64,000 bases of DNA. It comes from an archaeon (GTDB lineage Archaea; Nanobdellota; Nanobdellia; Woesearchaeales; GW2011-AR9). Under the pieces are notes generated by a model. The model searched no databases. It was given only the letters and a program-made list of their open reading frames with translations, and had not been told where the DNA came from. Where the stretch lies: positions 33,685-97,684 of the forward strand of contig NZCK01000007.1 in the NCBI GenBank assembly GCA_002688265.1. Reading direction: 5' to 3'. Positions 59,510-64,000 of the stretch are shown here, in pieces. The translations under genes were made by a program, and so were the position numbers. Each line of letters opens with the position of its first letter. Position 1 is the first letter of the stretch.

Positions 59510-60877
59510 ATGTTACGAACACACACTTGTGGAGAATTATCGAAGGCCAATGCAGGCGAGACCGTTACTTTAGCTGGATGGATAAATTCAGCTAGAATTT
59601 CTAGTAAAATTGGGTTTTTGGATCTTAGAGATCGATATGGGAAAACACAAGTGTTTATTGGCAAAAATTTAGTTGAACAGTGTGCAGGATTACATAGAGA
59701 AGATATTATTTCAGTAACAGGTACAGTAAAAGCTCGCCCGGAAAATCAAGTGAAAGGTGCTGGCACCGGAGAAATAGAACTTAGTGCCAAATCTGTTGAA
59801 GTTTTGAAAAAAGTTCCAGAACTACCTTTAGAATTCTCTGGAGACATTGAAAGTACGGAAGAGACTAGACTAAAATATCGTTATTTAGATTTGCGAAGCT
59901 CTGAAATGCAACACGCACTTTTAATTCGTCACAAATTAGTAAAAGCAATTAGAGACTTTTTAGACACTGAGAAATTCTTAGACATTGAAACACCAATCTT
60001 AGCAAAAGCAACACCAGAAGGAGCACGAGATTATGTTGTGCCTTCACGAACTTTCCCTCACAGTTTTTTTGCTCTACCACAATCACCACAAGTTTTCAAA
60101 CAACTGTTGATGATCGCTGGGTACGATAAATATTTTCAAATCGCAAGATGTTTCCGTGATGAAGACCTAAGAGCAGATCGGCAACCAGAATTCACTCAAC
60201 TGGACTTAGAGATGAGTTTTGTGGAAGAAGAAGATCTGTATAACTTGATTGAAAGATTAATGCAATATGTGTTTAAACAAGTTTTAGACGTTGAGATAAA
60301 AGTTCCGTTTGTTCGACTTACACATGCTGAATCTATGAAAAAATATAATTCCGACAAACCAGATTTACGAAAAGAAATTGGTGAAGATTTTGCGTTTGTT
60401 TGGATCACAGAATTTCCTATGTTTGAGTGGAGTGAAACACAAAACAGATTCTTAGCAGAACATCACCCCTTCACTGCACCAAAAGCTGAAGACATTGAAT
60501 TTTTACACACTGATAAAGCCAAGGTGCGTTCACGAGGATATGATTTGGCACTAAACGGACTCGAATTAGGTGGAGGATCAATCAGAATCCATGATGAAAA
60601 ACTACAATCTGAAGTTTTCAAAGCCCTGGGACTCGACGATGCTCAAGTAGAACGTAAATTTGGATTTTTATTGGAGGCACTTAAATTTGCACCACCTCAT
60701 GGAGGCCTAGCTTTTGGACTCGATAGATGGGCGATGATAATGGCAGGCAAGGATAATATTCGAGAAGTGATCGCTTTTCCAAAGAATAAAGATGCCAGAG
60801 ATTTGATGCTTGACTCCCCATCAATTATTTCAAAAGAACAGTTAGATGAATTGGCTGTCGCTTTGAAGAAAAAATAA
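59510..60877 (+). CDS. aspS: Aspartyl-tRNA synthetase, bacterial type, lacking the GAD insertion
   Basis: MLRTHTCGEL, TPEGARDYVVPSR, ALPQSPQ.FKQLLM, CFRDEDLRADRQPEFTQ, PPHGG.AFGLDR. Confidence 0.95.
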   Translation: MLRTHTCGELSKANAGETVTLAGWINSARISSKIGFLDLRDRYGKTQVFIGKNLVEQCAGLHREDIISVTGTVKARPENQVKGAGTGEIELSAKSVEVLKKVPELPLEFSGDIESTEETRLKYRYLDLRSSEMQHALLIRHKLVKAIRDFLDTEKFLDIETPILAKATPEGARDYVVPSRTFPHSFFALPQSPQVFKQLLMIAGYDKYFQIARCFRDEDLRADRQPEFTQLDLEMSFVEEEDLYNLIERLMQYVFKQVLDVEIKVPFVRLTHAESMKKYNSDKPDLRKEIGEDFAFVWITEFPMFEWSETQNRFLAEHHPFTAPKAEDIEFLHTDKAKVRSRGYDLALNGLELGGGSIRIHDEKLQSEVFKALGLDDAQVERKFGFLLEALKFAPPHGGLAFGLDRWAMIMAGKDNIREVIAFPKNKDARDLMLDSPSIISKEQLDELAVALKKK

Positions 60878-60929
60878 AGTTGATTTAATTATTATTCTAT
60901 TTTTTTTATCTTTTATGTTATTATTATTA

Positions 60930-61376
60930 TTATGAATTAAACCCGTGACAATAATCTCCAAACTTTACACCATAAGGTTTACCCCAAAGATCAACATTGA
61001 TTGTTTTGTTTTTACTAATTTTTATTTGAAGGTATTGATGAGGAGAAATATACCAAACAAATGACCATTTTAACTTAATATCATCTTCTTTGAACATTTT
61101 GCTTTTGATCAACAAAATTCTTATCAAGAGATTTATTTTTGGGCAATGAAGAAAACCAGGTTTTGACCAAATTCGGTTAAGGTTAAGATCAAACAATTCG
61201 AAAAATCTCAAGTAGGTGAGCCCACGGTAACCCCGATACCTGTTTGAAATAAAATTATAAACTTCTCTCAGAACTACTTCTTTACTCCTAGATTTTTTTA
61301 AACTATTTGCAAATTCTTGCATCTCTGAAGGGAGCTTGCTAGGAATTTTAGCTTTGGAAAATAAATTGAAACACAT
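60930..61376 (-). CDS. Transglutaminase-like protein
   Basis: Cys (FLHCPKIN), His (SPHQYL) and Asp (VDLWG) in triad-like order. Confidence 0.55.
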   Translation of the reverse strand: MCFNLFSKAKIPSKLPSEMQEFANSLKKSRSKEVVLREVYNFISNRYRGYRGLTYLRFFELFDLNLNRIWSKPGFLHCPKINLLIRILLIKSKMFKEDDIKLKWSFVWYISPHQYLQIKISKNKTINVDLWGKPYGVKFGDYCHGFNS

Positions 61377-61377
61377 T

Positions 61378-62022
61378 TTATTTGCTCTTGAATGTTTTTA
61401 GTAATTCCTTCATTGCTTTTTTGGAATTTTCTGCTTTCATTAGATATGAACCTGAAATAAAAATATCTGCTCCTGCACTTTTGCATAATTTAAGATGTTC
61501 GGGATTCATAGACCCATCGATGATTATCTTTGTTTGAAACTTGTTCTTTTTAATGTAATCTTTAACTTGTTTGATTTTTTTTAATTGACTTTTCTGAAAC
61601 TTACTACCATAAAAACCTGGTTTGACAGTTAGAATCAAAACATAATCTAATCCAGAGATTATTGTTTTCAATTTTGTGAAAGTGGTTTTGGGCAATACAG
61701 CCATTGCGACTACAATCTTTTCTTTCTGACAAAATTTTAAGTAACTATCAGGATTATTAAAAACTTCAAAATGAGGGAAAAATAATTGGATTCTTCTTTT
61801 GTTTTTTCTGATAAAAGGCAGAGGTTTATTTATCATCAAATGCGCAGAATATTCTAAATTGCGTTTTAATCTGAATGGGAATTGTAATATTTTGTTTGGA
61901 GCAAATCTACCATCGACAACATCTAAATGAACCACTTTGCTGATAGTAATTGCTTTAGATAATTGACTACTTAATTCAGATTGAGACTTTGCCATAATTG
62001 ATGGCCAAATTGAAGATTGCAT
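61378..62022 (-). CDS. rpe: Ribulose-phosphate 3-epimerase
   Basis: PSI, HLDVVDG.F.PN, AHLM, TVKPGFYG, IDG, GAD..ISGS. Confidence 0.9.
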   Translation of the reverse strand: MQSSIWPSIMAKSQSELSSQLSKAITISKVVHLDVVDGRFAPNKILQFPFRLKRNLEYSAHLMINKPLPFIRKNKRRIQLFFPHFEVFNNPDSYLKFCQKEKIVVAMAVLPKTTFTKLKTIISGLDYVLILTVKPGFYGSKFQKSQLKKIKQVKDYIKKNKFQTKIIIDGSMNPEHLKLCKSAGADIFISGSYLMKAENSKKAMKELLKTFKSK

Positions 62023-62049
62023 TTTTAGTAAAATTAATTTTTGTGGTTA

Positions 62050-62529
62050 CTATTTGAAATTTTGTTTTTCTATTCTCTTGATCTTATTAATCCTCCTTAC
62101 ATGCCTTTGGGCTTTGCTTGGTTTAGCTGCCAAGAATTCTAAAACAAGTAATTTGGCTTTTTTAATTACCACCCTATCTGCTGGCATACAAATTACATTA
62201 GCATGATCATGTTTAACTGCAAGCTCAGTTTGCTCTTTCTGTTCCACTATTGCGGCCCTGATTCCTTTAAACTTGTTGGCAGTTATACAAACACCCTCTG
62301 CTGATCCACAAATAAGTAATCCCTTAGATTGAAATTTTGATGCTTGAACTTTTTTTGCAACTTGTTTGGCGTAATCTGGATAGTCATCATCTTTTTTGTA
62401 GTTGAGATCTCCACAATCGATAAAAGAAATATTTTGTTTTATTAGAAACTGCTTTATTTGTTCTTTAAGCTGAAAGCCACGATGATCCGCACCTAAGTAA
62501 AGCAAGTTTTGTACTTTTTTTGTTGCCAT
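62050..62529 (-). CDS. rpiB: Ribose-5-phosphate isomerase B (RpiB/LacAB)
   Basis: GADHRG, DYPD, CGS..G, ANK..GIRA, RH.RRI.KI. Confidence 0.92.
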   Translation of the reverse strand: MATKKVQNLLYLGADHRGFQLKEQIKQFLIKQNISFIDCGDLNYKKDDDYPDYAKQVAKKVQASKFQSKGLLICGSAEGVCITANKFKGIRAAIVEQKEQTELAVKHDHANVICMPADRVVIKKAKLLVLEFLAAKPSKAQRHVRRINKIKRIEKQNFK

Positions 62530-62606
62530 CCCAATCAAAGAAAAGTATTTTTTGCTTATAATGTTTGCTATTTGGCTTTGGAGAAGAGAATAATTGAGAT
62601 TAATTC

Positions 62607-62737
62607 TTGGCGCGGGTCAGGCTGAGCCACACCATAGCACTGCGCACCCATTTTGTATCTTGCCTTGAGCAAAACAAAATACTTGTGCTAAATTGTTAAT
62701 TTCACTTGATATTCCAGCGAGGGGACCCACGCGCCAA
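62607..62737. repeat. Long-hairpin palindromic element, family B copy 2
   Basis: TTGGCGCG/CGCGCCAA IR; GGTC/GACC inner stem; homologous to the reverse complement of 46741-46854. Confidence 0.75.
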
Positions 62738-62798
62738 AGGCGTTTTATTGGGAGCAGAATACGAAAGCTAAATAAACCCGTTTTGAGTTATTTACTTC

Positions 62799-63455
62799 AT
62801 GAGGTTGATTTTTGACAGCGAGGCATTCAAAGGCATAGCCTTAAGAGCCAGTAAAGAAGAGATAACAGAAGAAGGAATTCCTATCGATTTTAAAGTACAT
62901 GCTCGTGAAGGAATTATGTTTGGAGCCAAAGAAGAAAGAAAAATTTTCTTATCAGCTAACATTATTTCTAGCCTAGAACATATAAGGCACTTTATTCTAG
63001 AAAAGAAAAATCCAGGAGTGATTATTATCTCAGATCGACCATATTTGCACGCAAACGAATTAATGAATAAAATTCTCCTAAACAAGATTATTAGACCACA
63101 CAACATCATTTTTTTAGGACAACATATCTATGCGAAAGCTGAACGCACATTCATAACACAAAATCGATTTCATTCTTTTCCAATGCGAGAAATTAGCATA
63201 GAAGGACATATGGAAGTTAGTGAGTCAGTGATGTCAATTGCTAAAAAATGGTCTGATTGCTTTATTCTTGTCGATAGCACCTGCTTAGATAGCTCTGTTG
63301 CTAAAACTAATTGGGCAGGAGGACTAACCTTAAGAGAATTAATCTTCTTTGTACAAAGATTTAAACGACTACATAACTTTAAAGCAAGTGAACTGGTGAT
63401 TCCACCTGCAGCTAAGAAAATTGCAGTGAAATTGTTGGTTGAAATGTATAGATGA
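62799..63455 (+). CDS. Degenerate arginase/agmatinase-fold protein
   Basis: IIFLG, F.LVD..CLD, GGLTLREL; the Mn-binding DxHxD motif is absent. Confidence 0.6.
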   Translation: MRLIFDSEAFKGIALRASKEEITEEGIPIDFKVHAREGIMFGAKEERKIFLSANIISSLEHIRHFILEKKNPGVIIISDRPYLHANELMNKILLNKIIRPHNIIFLGQHIYAKAERTFITQNRFHSFPMREISIEGHMEVSESVMSIAKKWSDCFILVDSTCLDSSVAKTNWAGGLTLRELIFFVQRFKRLHNFKASELVIPPAAKKIAVKLLVEMYR

Positions 63456-63462
63456 ATGATAT

Positions 63463-64000
63463 TTAAGCAACATCATCCAAATTCTTTGATAAATCTACTA
63501 CATGAGGTCTTAGATTTAGATTATGGCCAACACCGTAATGTAACCTTTTATTGTGAAAAACCTCTGTTGCCCCAACAATTAAATCATCTGTTTTGCTGAA
63601 TAAATCATAACTAAATGGAAGATCAGGACTTAAAATTCTAGGCAAACCACTGCCACCATGAGGCCTGGCAATATCAAAAATAAATGTTTTATTATCTGGA
63701 TCACTCACTACAATAAATGAATGTGGGCTTAATCCATCCCTAATTGATCTTGTATAAACCCCACCCATATAAGATGAAGAGAACCCTTCTTCTAAACAAC
63801 CTTGAAGTAAATATTGTCCCATAGCTGCTTGTTCTGCACACATCGCGAATCCAACTAAGTCACTTAATTTAAGGACGTTTCCGGCACATGAAAATTTTAG
63901 ATCCCTTTCATTAGAATTAATCGAATCAATAGAATCTAAAGCAAAAACTTTTCGAACCTTTTTTTGAACAGTATCTGTTACAGCGAATAAATATGGGTCT
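63463..64000 (-). CDS. Transglutaminase-like (Cys-His-Asp) protein, 5'-truncated by the window edge
   Basis: The frame stays open to base 64000; AMCAEQAA, PHSFIV, FIFD. Confidence 0.55.
   Translation of the reverse strand, partial: DPYLFAVTDTVQKKVRKVFALDSIDSINSNERDLKFSCAGNVLKLSDLVGFAMCAEQAAMGQYLLQGCLEEGFSSSYMGGVYTRSIRDGLSPHSFIVVSDPDNKTFIFDIARPHGGSGLPRILSPDLPFSYDLFSKTDDLIVGATEVFHNKRLHYGVGHNLNLRPHVVDLSKNLDDVA

Noticed and set aside
2421-63109. Numerous short antisense or alternate-frame ORFs in the track (e.g. 2421, 6229, 19618, 42895, 43562, 55563)
   Set aside because: They overlap well-supported genes, have shadow-like composition and show no motifs.
1-64000. CRISPR array, rRNA, transposase/integrase, prophage or DGR
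   Set aside because: No regularly spaced repeats, rRNA signatures, recombinase/RT motifs or viral hallmark genes were seen by eye.

Overview
AT-rich archaeal chromosome segment, most consistent with a DPANN (Woesearchaeota-like) genome. Evidence: archaeal eS19/eL39/eL31/eS1, Cbf5, SRP54, XPD, translin, TATA-box promoters and a BHB-intron tRNA, mixed with bacterial-type enzymes (AspRS, NrdJ, RpiB, YvcK). No CRISPR array, rRNA or transposase was seen. Main highlights: (1) a type IV filament/secretion-type locus (ATPase plus TadC/ArlJ-like platform) with no recognisable pilin, three tandem paralogous membrane proteins, a papain-like protease carrying the same membrane domain, and an ADP-ribosyltransferase-like gene; (2) a helical domain shared gaplessly by that protease and a distant PIN-nuclease gene, possibly an effector/export tag; (3) five dispersed 128-170 bp long-hairpin elements in three families with covarying stems; (4) a D-amino-acid/ATP-grasp cluster and a lytic-transglycosylase-like protein in a presumably peptidoglycan-free archaeon; (5) a candidate sRNA with a C-rich anti-SD-like loop; (6) toxin-like genes interrupted by in-frame stops. 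All protein calls come from motif recognition by eye, with no database searches.
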